From Escherichia phage pro147, in the sequence record NC_028896.1: a stretch of 32,675 nt of DNA, one strand, 5' to 3'. A program made the position numbers and the translations under genes. The notes under the pieces are model-generated. The model did not search any database and was not told the origin of the DNA. It worked only from the letters and a program-made list of their open reading frames with translations. Positions 18,342-26,619 of the stretch are shown piece by piece. Each line of letters begins with the position of its first letter. Positions within the stretch are counted from its first letter, which is position 1.

Positions 18342-19196
18342 TCAGCAGTTCGTCATCAGGGCGTCACCGCCACCACCGGTGGCCTTGCTGCGGCGCTGCT
18401 GGGTCAGACTTTCGGTGTGGTCGAGACTGTTTTTCAGGCGGGTGAATGCCTGGCTGGTTTCATCCGCCCTGTCAGTCACCTCCTGCTTAAGTGCAGAAAA
18501 GGCGGTTTCCATCTCAGCGAGGCGCTGCTCAGTGGCGCTCAGTTTTTCCTGCACATGTTCAGCAACAGCGGTCACCGCTTCATGCACGTCATTCAGACGG
18601 GCGTCATCGCTGGCCTGTTTGCGGCCAAAAATGGATTTCACCTTTTCGGTCAGGGCGGTGAACACGGTTTCAGGCAGGTCTTCAAATTCCAGCTCAACGG
18701 GCGTTGCCACTGAAATCAGGTTTTCAGGGCTTAATTTGAAGCGGTTCAGAGGGTTGTGTTTTGCCGTGCGGCAGAATTCCAGGTATTCCGTGCCGAGGCT
18801 TGCCGGGTCATCGGTGACGGCCAGCCCCACCAGATAACATTTGCCGGTGTTGGCAAAGTTCGGCTGAATTTCCATTGAGGTATAGACCTTCTGCGCGGCC
18901 TTGTTCATCGCGATAAGGTCATCGGTCGGGGTGATTTTCGCAAACAGCGCCCATTTGCCTTTCAGCGCCGAATCATCGTCAATCTTTTCGGCCTTCAGTT
19001 CGGCCACATCGCCATAACGTTTAAAAATACCGTCAGGCAGGATGCCGCGCAGATGTTCCAGGTTAATGCGGCAACCATAGACTCGCGGGTCAAAGGTTTC
19101 GGCCATTTCCTGAATATCCTGCGCACTGATGACACGCCCGTCACAGGTGTCACCCTCAACGCCGATACGAAAGAATTTTGAGACTTTTTTTGCCAT
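18342..19196 (-). CDS. O: Capsid scaffolding protein O, 284 aa
   Basis: Translation from internal start MAKKVSKFFRIGVEGDTCDGRV... gives 284 aa as in P2 gpO; the track ORF carries 22 extra N-terminal residues. Confidence 0.9.
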   Translation of the reverse strand: MAKKVSKFFRIGVEGDTCDGRVISAQDIQEMAETFDPRVYGCRINLEHLRGILPDGIFKRYGDVAELKAEKIDDDSALKGKWALFAKITPTDDLIAMNKAAQKVYTSMEIQPNFANTGKCYLVGLAVTDDPASLGTEYLEFCRTAKHNPLNRFKLSPENLISVATPVELEFEDLPETVFTALTEKVKSIFGRKQASDDARLNDVHEAVTAVAEHVQEKLSATEQRLAEMETAFSALKQEVTDRADETSQAFTRLKNSLDHTESLTQQRRSKATGGGGDALMTNC

Positions 19197-19369
19197 TGTC
19201 AGGAGTCCTGAATAGTGATTAGAGGAGTCACATGTCGGCATCAGTTTCCCGACGATACGCATCCTCCGCCATCAGTCCCGGATGGCTTATCACTGACACA
19301 ACAGCACCTTAGCGAATCGCGGGGCGCGACTCAGTAGCCTTGCCGTGTATTCATCACGGCGAGGTATTC
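19197..19369. promoter_or_regulatory. Divergent late promoter region between O and P (expected Ogr-dependent promoters)
   Basis: 173-bp intergenic region between the divergently transcribed scaffold and terminase genes. Assigned by synteny with P2; no confident Ogr box could be picked out by eye. Confidence 0.45.
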
Positions 19370-21142
19370 ATGACCATCACCACAGACACCACTCTTTTAC
19401 ACGACCCGCGTCGTCAGGCGGCGCTGCTGTACTGGCAGGGGTTTTCCGTGCCGCAGATTGCCGCCATGTTGCAGATGAAACGCCCGACGGTGCAGAGCTG
19501 GAAACAGCGCGACGGCTGGGACAGCGTTGCCCCCATCAGCCGTGTCGAAATGAGTCTGGAAGCGCGGCTGACCCAGCTCATCATCAAACCGCAGAAAACC
19601 GGCGGTGACTTCAAGGAAATTGACCTGCTGGGACGTCAGATTGAACGACTGGCACGGGTCAACCGCTACAGTCAGACCGGCAACGAGGCAGACCTTAATC
19701 CGAACGTCGCTAACCGCAACAAAGGCGGGCGTCGCAAACCGAAAAAGAATTTTTTCAGTGACGAGGCCATCGAAAAGCTGGAGCAGATTTTCTTTGAGCA
19801 GTCTTTCGAATATCAGTTGCACTGGTATCGCGCCGGGCTTGAGCACCGCATCCGCGATATCCTGAAATCCCGCCAGATTGGCGCGACGTTTTATTTTTCC
19901 CGCGAGGCGCTGCTGCGCGCCCTGAAAACCGGTCATAACCAGATTTTTCTGTCGGCCAGTAAAACGCAGGCGTATGTGTTCCGCGAATACATCATCGCCT
20001 TTGCCCGGCTGGTTGACGTTGACCTGACCGGTGACCCGATTGTCCTGGGCAATAACGGCGCAAAACTGATTTTTCTCGGCACCAACTCCAACACCGCACA
20101 GAGCCATAACGGCGACCTGTACGTCGACGAGATTTTCTGGATCCCGAATTTTCAGGTACTGCGTAAGGTGGCATCAGGTATGGCCTCACAGAGTCACCTG
20201 CGCTCGACCTATTTCTCCACCCCGTCCACGCTGGCGCACGACGCCTACCCGTTCTGGTCGGGTGAACTGTTCAACCGGGGACGCGCCAGCGCCGCCGAAC
20301 GCGTGGAAATCGACGTCAGTCATAACGCCCTTGCCGGAGGTCTTCTCTGTGCGGACGGCCAGTGGCGGCAGATTGTCACCATTGAGGACGCCCTGAAAGG
20401 CGGCTGCACGCTGTTCGACATTGAGCAGCTCAAACGTGAAAACAGCGCCGACGATTTTAAAAACCTGTTCATGTGTGAATTTGTTGACGACAAGGCGTCG
20501 GTGTTCCCGTTCGAGGAGCTGCAACGTTGCATGGTCGACACGCTGGAAGAATGGGAAGACTATGCGCCGTTTGCCGCAAATCCGTTCGGCTCCCGCCCGG
20601 TATGGATTGGTTACGACCCGTCACACCGTGGCGACAGCGCCGGATGCGTGGTACTGGCACCGCCGGTGGTGGCCGGTGGCAAATTCAGAATACTTGAGCG
20701 TCACCAGTGGAAAGGCATGGACTTTGCCACCCAGGCGGAATCCATCCGCAAACTCACCGAAAAATATAACGTTGAATACATCGGGATTGATGCCACCGGC
20801 CTCGGTGTCGGCGTGTTCCAGCTCGTGCGCTCGTTCTATCCCGCCGCGCGCGATATCCGCTACACGCCGGAAATGAAAACCGCAATGGTGCTCAAGGCAA
20901 AAGACGTTATCCGCCGTGGCTGTCTGGAATATGACGTCAGCGCCACCGACATCACCAGCTCGTTTATGGCTATCCGCAAGACCATGACCAGCAGCGGACG
21001 CAGCGCCACCTATGAGGCCAGCCGCAGCGAGGAAGCCAGCCACGCCGATCTCGCCTGGGCGACTATGCACGCCCTGTTAAATGAGCCACTCACCGCCGGT
21101 ATCAGCACCCCGCTGACATCCACCATTCTGGAGTTTTACTGA
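19370..21142 (+). CDS. P: Terminase ATPase (large) subunit P, 590 aa
   Basis: Translation from the ATG at 19370 (preceded by GAGGT) gives 590 aa starting MTITTDTTLLHDP...; divergent from O as in P2. Confidence 0.92.
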   Translation: MTITTDTTLLHDPRRQAALLYWQGFSVPQIAAMLQMKRPTVQSWKQRDGWDSVAPISRVEMSLEARLTQLIIKPQKTGGDFKEIDLLGRQIERLARVNRYSQTGNEADLNPNVANRNKGGRRKPKKNFFSDEAIEKLEQIFFEQSFEYQLHWYRAGLEHRIRDILKSRQIGATFYFSREALLRALKTGHNQIFLSASKTQAYVFREYIIAFARLVDVDLTGDPIVLGNNGAKLIFLGTNSNTAQSHNGDLYVDEIFWIPNFQVLRKVASGMASQSHLRSTYFSTPSTLAHDAYPFWSGELFNRGRASAAERVEIDVSHNALAGGLLCADGQWRQIVTIEDALKGGCTLFDIEQLKRENSADDFKNLFMCEFVDDKASVFPFEELQRCMVDTLEEWEDYAPFAANPFGSRPVWIGYDPSHRGDSAGCVVLAPPVVAGGKFRILERHQWKGMDFATQAESIRKLTEKYNVEYIGIDATGLGVGVFQLVRSFYPAARDIRYTPEMKTAMVLKAKDVIRRGCLEYDVSATDITSSFMAIRKTMTSSGRSATYEASRSEEASHADLAWATMHALLNEPLTAGISTPLTSTILEFY

Positions 21143-22161
21143 TGAGTAAGAAAAAAGGGAAAACACCGCAGCCAGCGGTGAAAACAATGACTGCCAGCGC
21201 CCCGAAAATGGAGGCATTCACCTTTGGTGAGCCGGTGCCGGTACTCGACCGCCGTGATATTCTGGATTACGTCGAGTGCATCAGTAACGGCAGATGGTAT
21301 GAGCCACCGGTCAGCTTTACCGGTCTGGCAAAAAGCCTGCGTGCTGCCGTGCATCACAGCTCACCGATTTACGTTAAACGCAATATTCTGGCTTCAACGT
21401 TTATCCCGCACCCGTGGCTGTCCCAGCAGGATTTCAGCCGCTTTGTGCTGGATTTTCTGGTGTTCGGTAATGCGTTTCTGGAAAAGCGTTACAGCACCAC
21501 CGGTAAGGTCATCAGACTGGAAACCTCACCGGCAAAATATACCCGCCGTGGCGTGGAGGAGGATGTTTACTGGTGGGTGCCGTCCTTCAACGAGCCGACA
21601 GCCTTCGCGCCCGGCTCCGTGTTTCACCTGCTGGAGCCGGATATCAATCAGGAGCTGTACGGCCTGCCGGAATATCTCAGCGCCCTTAACTCTGCCTGGC
21701 TGAATGAGTCGGCCACGCTGTTCCGCCGCAAGTATTACGAAAACGGCGCTCATGCCGGATACATCATGTATGTCACCGATGCCGTGCAGGATCGCAACGA
21801 TATCGAAATGCTTCGCGAAAACATGGTTAAGTCGAAAGGCCGCAACAACTTTAAAAACCTGTTTCTCTATGCCCCACAGGGGAAAGCCGACGGCATTAAA
21901 ATTATCCCCCTCAGTGAAGTGGCGACGAAGGACGATTTTTTTAATATCAAAAAAGTCAGCGCCGCAGATCTCCTGGACGCACACCGCATCCCCTTTCAGT
22001 TGATGGGCGGTAAGCCGGAGAATGTCGGGTCACTAGGAGATATTGAAAAAGTGGCAAAGGTCTTTGTCCGCAATGAACTCATTCCATTACAGGAGAGAAT
22101 AAAGTCAATAAATGAATGGTTAGATATGGAAGTAATAAAATTCCTTGATTATAACTTATAA
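21142..22161 (+). CDS. Q: Portal protein Q, 339 aa (3' end AT-rich and apparently remodelled)
   Basis: 339-aa ORF overlapping the P stop (TGATG); position matches P2 gpQ. The last ~25 codons (22081-22161) are abruptly AT-rich, continuous with the downstream cargo island. Confidence 0.88.
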   Translation: MSKKKGKTPQPAVKTMTASAPKMEAFTFGEPVPVLDRRDILDYVECISNGRWYEPPVSFTGLAKSLRAAVHHSSPIYVKRNILASTFIPHPWLSQQDFSRFVLDFLVFGNAFLEKRYSTTGKVIRLETSPAKYTRRGVEEDVYWWVPSFNEPTAFAPGSVFHLLEPDINQELYGLPEYLSALNSAWLNESATLFRRKYYENGAHAGYIMYVTDAVQDRNDIEMLRENMVKSKGRNNFKNLFLYAPQGKADGIKIIPLSEVATKDDFFNIKKVSAADLLDAHRIPFQLMGGKPENVGSLGDIEKVAKVFVRNELIPLQERIKSINEWLDMEVIKFLDYNL

Positions 22162-22173
22162 GTAAATATATAA

Positions 22174-22200
22174 AGTTGGCGGAATGCAATCCCGCCAACT
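22174..22200. terminator. Hairpin between convergent Q and the retron-operon effector gene
   Basis: Perfect 9-bp stem agttggcgg (22174-22182) / ccgccaact (22192-22200) with 9-nt loop, filling the 42-bp gap between two convergent stop codons. Confidence 0.6.
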
Positions 22201-22203
22201 TAA

Positions 22204-22911
22204 CTATATATACTTCCTTTTTACTCTACTTAATTCTATCACTGATGAGGAGTGACAAAATGACAAATTAATAGTATCGATATAATCCAAAATTTGACTC
22301 TCAACCTCAATAAAAATATTTTTGGGCCCATTACTAATCGATATACCGATTTCATCCAAAACAGCCATCATTTTTCTCTGATGAGTTTTATATTTATAGT
22401 CTTTATTTTCCTCTGTAATATGTGCATTGGCTTCCTCAATAACACATTTGATTCTAGATATTATTTCTAGATAATCTCTCGAAACAGATATATCACCGCC
22501 TTGCGCTTCAGGGAACATAACCCTATACCATCTAAAAAAATTAACTTTCTCTGGATAGATGCTACTTCTTTTAGTTAACTCAGCACTTGCAAATTCTCTA
22601 AACATCGTCAGATGACTAGTGTAATTACTATTATTATTATTTTTAACTCCAGCGTTATATGTCATCAAAGCAATCATAACACCAAAAACGGTAACAAAAG
22701 TTGTTATAAGCCATCCAAACGCCTGAAAATACATTACTATACCAGATGTTTTTTCCGCAAAAAATTTTAAGCACTGGCTATCGAAGCATATATCACGCTC
22801 ATATAGCTTTTCATTCTGAATAGTTTCAAAAAGAGAAATTAGCGAAAAAATCAAAAAAAGAGCTGACGACACACCGACAATATATTTGAGAAGTCTAATA
22901 TTTGCATTCAT
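22204..22911 (-). CDS. Putative retron effector: 235-aa protein with two N-terminal transmembrane helices
   Basis: AT-rich ORF overlapping the 3' end of the upstream reverse-transcriptase gene by 4 nt. Hydrophobic segments YIVGVSSALFLIFSLISLF and VMYFQAFGWLITTFVTVFGVMIALMTY, followed by a ~140-aa soluble C-terminal domain. Confidence 0.7.
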   Translation of the reverse strand: MNANIRLLKYIVGVSSALFLIFSLISLFETIQNEKLYERDICFDSQCLKFFAEKTSGIVMYFQAFGWLITTFVTVFGVMIALMTYNAGVKNNNNSNYTSHLTMFREFASAELTKRSSIYPEKVNFFRWYRVMFPEAQGGDISVSRDYLEIISRIKCVIEEANAHITEENKDYKYKTHQRKMMAVLDEIGISISNGPKNIFIEVESQILDYIDTINLSFCHSSSVIELSRVKRKYI

Positions 22912-24182
22912 AATGGTTTTAAAGATGCCAATCTAGATTTAAAACACTCCAGTTTTTCTTTAAATGATTCAGAGCGAGTAAGAATAATCATCTTATATCT
23001 CGTCAAATCATATTTTCTTTTATACCAATGTTTATTTTGATTACCTTTCGAATACGACAACTCTAAACTTTTTATAGCTGCATCAATCACAGCAACATCT
23101 CTTTTAGATGGCATCGGTTTTATTGCCTGCAACTGTTTCTTGAATGATTCATATTTTTCATGCGCAACACGGCCAAGCTTATTCACTCTCCCCATACATC
23201 TATTGAATTCTTTTCTGTATGCAACACTTGTTTTTGTGTTATTTTTTGCCGCCAGTAATTTCAAATTATGTATAGATGCCCTGATTCTTTTGACTTCATC
23301 GGATGGTAGTCGAGGTGAGTCATAGTCAACTCTTAAACCATGTACTTTTATAGGTTCAGATGAACAGTGAAATATTTTAGTTTTGCGCTTATTTATCGGC
23401 AAGTCATGCTCAGAAAGCATCCTCTCTATATGGCTTTGCATTTGAGAAAAATCATAATTACTTATTTTAGATGACACGGTAATATCATCTACCAAACGCG
23501 TATAAACAAGTCCTTTCCTCTGCGCACGTCTTACCACATCCCCTTCAACAGCGAATAAACACAAAGTTGCTATATAGCTTGATGTTAAGGCCCCCTGTAC
23601 GACAAAATCATCCTTAGTACATATATCCACCAAGTATTCAAGAGCCTCATCCTTAATATGCAATATCTCCTCAAACACGCTCCTAACCAGATCTCTATGG
23701 ATATTATCGAAAAAATTACTTATATCCACCTTGAGAACTGTTTTTGCTCCACAATGAGCCTTTGCACATGAAACATAGTCACGTTTGACATTAGAATTTA
23801 AAACATCATTTTTACTGGGAACTGAACCAAACAAAAATGAAGGAAAAACAACCAATTCCTTAAAGATACGTTTATTAATTCTACTCTGTAATAATCTCAT
23901 TTTAGGATGCAGGGAGTAGACAATCCGTTTGCTTCCGTCAATTTTGGGAATTTCTTTTAGAGTATATTTCTCATCTAATGGTAATTCTGCAATAGCTTTA
24001 AGCTCTTCAACAGAAATCGATAAAGCCTTTGACAACTTTTCAAGTGTTGTGATAGGAGCATTGGATTTGCTGTATGGTTTAAATTTATCCATAAACATAC
24101 CATTCAAATTCAAAGTTACGTACGGTCTTCCCATACTCAAGGGTGGAACAGCAGAGATGCTTACATCAACAATTGTCAGCAA
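22908..24182 (-). CDS. Retron-type reverse transcriptase (start uncertain: TTG 24182, ATG 24134 or ATG 24098)
   Basis: Translation shows the RT motifs ...CAKAHCGAKTVLKVDISNFFDNI..., ...QGALTSSYIATLCL..., ...YTRLVDDITV... (YxDD box) and a VHGL motif resembling the retron VTG signature. AT-rich; the TTG at 24180-24182 is preceded by AGAGG. Confidence 0.8.
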   Translation of the reverse strand: MLTIVDVSISAVPPLSMGRPYVTLNLNGMFMDKFKPYSKSNAPITTLEKLSKALSISVEELKAIAELPLDEKYTLKEIPKIDGSKRIVYSLHPKMRLLQSRINKRIFKELVVFPSFLFGSVPSKNDVLNSNVKRDYVSCAKAHCGAKTVLKVDISNFFDNIHRDLVRSVFEEILHIKDEALEYLVDICTKDDFVVQGALTSSYIATLCLFAVEGDVVRRAQRKGLVYTRLVDDITVSSKISNYDFSQMQSHIERMLSEHDLPINKRKTKIFHCSSEPIKVHGLRVDYDSPRLPSDEVKRIRASIHNLKLLAAKNNTKTSVAYRKEFNRCMGRVNKLGRVAHEKYESFKKQLQAIKPMPSKRDVAVIDAAIKSLELSYSKGNQNKHWYKRKYDLTRYKMIILTRSESFKEKLECFKSRLASLKPL

Positions 24183-24423
24183 CAGCCTCTGCTATCTTTC
24201 GACCGTACGTAATGTCGTCGGCTACGGCACCATCGTAGTTGACGACGGTGGGGCCTCGCTGATAGGTCCATAGTGGACGCTTTTTTGTAAAAGCAAAAAC
24301 TGACAATTTAATGTTGTTGACTGCCGCATACCAAGCGAATCGCTGGTGCGCTAAGAATAATGCAACAAAAAAATAAGAATTTCAACCGGGTAACTGCAAG
24401 CCAGCGACATCGTTTAGCGCGCA
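24183..24423 (-). ncRNA. Candidate retron non-coding RNA (msr/msd) in the structured leader upstream of the RT gene
   Basis: GC-rich non-coding stretch between cos and the RT with a nested hairpin gtcgtc-gg-ctacg-gcaccat-cgtag-tt-gacgac (24214-24246) and a 12-nt inverted repeat ttacgtacggtc (24116-24127) / gaccgtacgtaa (24201-24212). Exact msr/msd boundaries could not be determined. Confidence 0.3.
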
Positions 24424-24442
24424 GTGCTTTCCCCGCCTCGCC
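24424..24442 (-). other. cos: Phage cos site: 19-nt cohesive-end sequence GGCGAGGCGGGGAAAGCAC (minus-strand sense)
   Basis: Plus strand 24424-24442 reads gtgctttccccgcctcgcc, the reverse complement of the P2 cohesive end as recalled; followed by ...ctgcgcgct as at the P2 left end. Adjacent GC hairpin ccgccc (24442-24447) / gggcgg (24456-24461) plus tttt. Confidence 0.75.
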
Positions 24443-24648
24443 CGCCCGCTTCATGGGGCGGTTTTAATGCAGTAGCATGACCACTCAACTAGCGCGCCAG
24501 TCCTGATGTCGCCAGGCAGTTATTGTTCTCTGACTTGCGTGCGCTTCGATGCAGAGTAATGCACTTCCTGAATTGCTCGCATTCGCATCGTTATCATGAT
24601 AGAAAACAGGTAGTTATTTGTGCGCAACTTAAGAAGAAATCACTAATT

Positions 24649-26193
24649 ATGAAAAAGATTTATGAATTAACTACTGGTAGAGCGCTTAAGTATTTTCTGC
24701 AGCATGATTCATACACTACTCTGGAGCTACCCAGTTATGTCGATTTTTCTTCCTTGCTTGAAGAAATCAACTCCGCGATAGATGAAGGTAAAATCAACTT
24801 CCAACCTGACTCCAAGTCATTGATGGGGAAGAATATAAATTACGAGGTTTTAGTCAGCAAAGATGGCTTATATAGCTGGCGACGAATAACACTAATTAAT
24901 CCTCTGTACTACGTGTATTTTTGTAAACTTATTACATCCCCTTCCAACTGGAAGGCTATAAAGAATAAATTTAGAGAGTTTGAGTCTAATGATCTTTTTT
25001 TATGCTCAAGTACCCCAGTGAGCAAAAAGAACACCTCAAACGTAGCTGCATCTGTTTTAAACTGGTGGGAAGATTTTGAACAAAAAAGTCTTTCATTGGC
25101 TCTTGAGTATGAGTTCATGTTCAGCACAGATATTTCAAACTTCTACCCTTCTATTTACACTCATAGCTTTGAATGGGTATTCATCTCAAAAGAAGAGGCC
25201 AAAAAGAAAGAAAATAACAATAACCCAGGACGATTGATTGACACTCATATCCAGATGATGATGAGTAATCAGACAAACGGAATACCATTGGGTAGTACGT
25301 TGATGGATACATTTGCCGAATTAATTTTAGGCGAAATTGATTTACAGCTAAGAAAAAAAACTGAAGAGCAAAAAATAACGGATTACAAAGTAGTTCGCTA
25401 CAGAGATGATTATCGAATATTTTCAAGCAGTAAAGATGATTTGGACAAAATCTCAAAGTGTTTGGTTGAGGTCTTAGGTGAGTTTGGGCTTGATTTAAAC
25501 TCAAGAAAAACAGAACTACATGACGACATCATTCTTCACTCTCTTAAATCAGCAAAAAAAGAATATATTATAGAAAGGTCGTTCAACTCCCTACAGAAAA
25601 TGTTGTATGCAATATATTTATTTTCTTTAAAACATCAAAACTCCAAAATTACAGTTAGATATTTAAATGATTTCTTGCGAAAATTATTTAGGAAGAAAAA
25701 GATCACAAATAGTGGGCATCAACTAGATGCAATGCTTGGAATTATTTCAAGCATCATGGCTAAAAACCCAACCACCTACCCAGTGGGAATGGCTATTTTC
25801 GCAAAACTCTTGACCTTCCTTTATGACGACGATGAACTCAAATTTGGCAAGTTACAACAACTTCATTGTAAACTAGGTAAACAACCAAATACTGAAATGT
25901 TAGATATTTGGTTTCAACGAGTTCAAGGGAAGATACACACACAATGGGAAGGCGATTACAAAACAGCCCTATGTCAACGCATAAATGATGAACTCAAGGG
26001 AAAAAAAACATTTACCATTGATGGCCTGTGGGATGTAGAGTGGATTCCGGGCTCAGCCAAAAGTAAAAACAAACAGAAAATACTATCAATTTTGAAAAAA
26101 ACAAAAATTGTGGATTTAGATGCATTCGAAGAAATGGATAATGATATTACACCAGAAGAAGTGAACTTATTCGACAAGGAACACAGCGCTTAA
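24649..26193 (+). CDS. Abi-P2-like (Abi/UG-class) reverse transcriptase, single-gene anti-phage system, 514 aa (alternative start ATG 24559)
   Basis: AT-rich ORF in the tin/old cargo position. RT motifs ...FSTDISNFYPSIYTH..., ...NGIPLGSTLMDTFAEL..., ...VVRYRDDYRIFS..., followed by a long C-terminal extension with no recognisable effector domain. No adjacent partner gene. Confidence 0.75.
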   Translation: MKKIYELTTGRALKYFLQHDSYTTLELPSYVDFSSLLEEINSAIDEGKINFQPDSKSLMGKNINYEVLVSKDGLYSWRRITLINPLYYVYFCKLITSPSNWKAIKNKFREFESNDLFLCSSTPVSKKNTSNVAASVLNWWEDFEQKSLSLALEYEFMFSTDISNFYPSIYTHSFEWVFISKEEAKKKENNNNPGRLIDTHIQMMMSNQTNGIPLGSTLMDTFAELILGEIDLQLRKKTEEQKITDYKVVRYRDDYRIFSSSKDDLDKISKCLVEVLGEFGLDLNSRKTELHDDIILHSLKSAKKEYIIERSFNSLQKMLYAIYLFSLKHQNSKITVRYLNDFLRKLFRKKKITNSGHQLDAMLGIISSIMAKNPTTYPVGMAIFAKLLTFLYDDDELKFGKLQQLHCKLGKQPNTEMLDIWFQRVQGKIHTQWEGDYKTALCQRINDELKGKKTFTIDGLWDVEWIPGSAKSKNKQKILSILKKTKIVDLDAFEEMDNDITPEEVNLFDKEHSA

Positions 26194-26293
26194 CGAAACA
26201 ATGTTATTAACTCAACATGACTTCGTTAAGCATTAAAGCGAACAGTCATATGAAATTTCGACATCCCTAACGCCTCGCAAGCTCGTTGTTCAC

Positions 26294-26338
26294 CCCCGCC
26301 AGCACTGAAAGCGAGTTTCAGCGTCGACGGGGTTTTCT
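26294..26338 (+). terminator. Possible intrinsic terminator downstream of the Abi-P2-like RT gene
   Basis: Composite hairpin: outer ccccg (26294-26298) / cgggg (26328-26332), inner ctgaaa (26305-26310) / tttcag (26316-26321), followed by ttttct. Confidence 0.35.
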
Positions 26339-26358
26339 ATGGTCAACGTGGTGACAGA

Positions 26359-26619
26359 TTATGGGCACGCGTGAAGGTAGAAATATGGACGGTTGGGATT
26401 ATTGATTTCTCCCATACGGCTGCAGTTATCACTGACGATCTCAGTCCCTCCGACCAACTCGTAGAGGGTCAGATTCTCTTTGACCATAATTTGTAAACAA
26501 TAGCCATCAGCCGCAGACTCTTGCACGAGTACAATGGCGGAACCGGACGCATAGCTAGTAATGTATGCATTAGTCATAATGACATGCTTCCAAAGCAAGA
26601 TCGCCACGCAGTTCCGCAT
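26359..26619 (-). CDS. Hypothetical 86-aa protein downstream of A (position of P2 orf91)
   Basis: ORF in the track only; sits where P2 carries orf91 but no sequence similarity could be verified from memory. Confidence 0.3.
   Translation of the reverse strand: MRNCVAILLWKHVIMTNAYITSYASGSAIVLVQESAADGYCLQIMVKENLTLYELVGGTEIVSDNCSRMGEINNPNRPYFYLHACP

Noticed and set aside
24183-24273. Plus-strand 114-aa ORF 23929-24273 and 61-aa ORF 23140-23325
   Set aside because: They overlap the minus-strand RT gene and its leader antisense; no RBS; the region is better explained by the RT and structured leader.
24523-24648. N-terminal 42 codons of the track ORF for the Abi-P2-like RT
   Set aside because: The track start is a TTG inside the GC-rich cos-proximal spacer with odd His/Cys-rich translation; the ATG at 24649 coincides with the switch to AT-rich coding composition. 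An ATG at 24559 remains a possible alternative.
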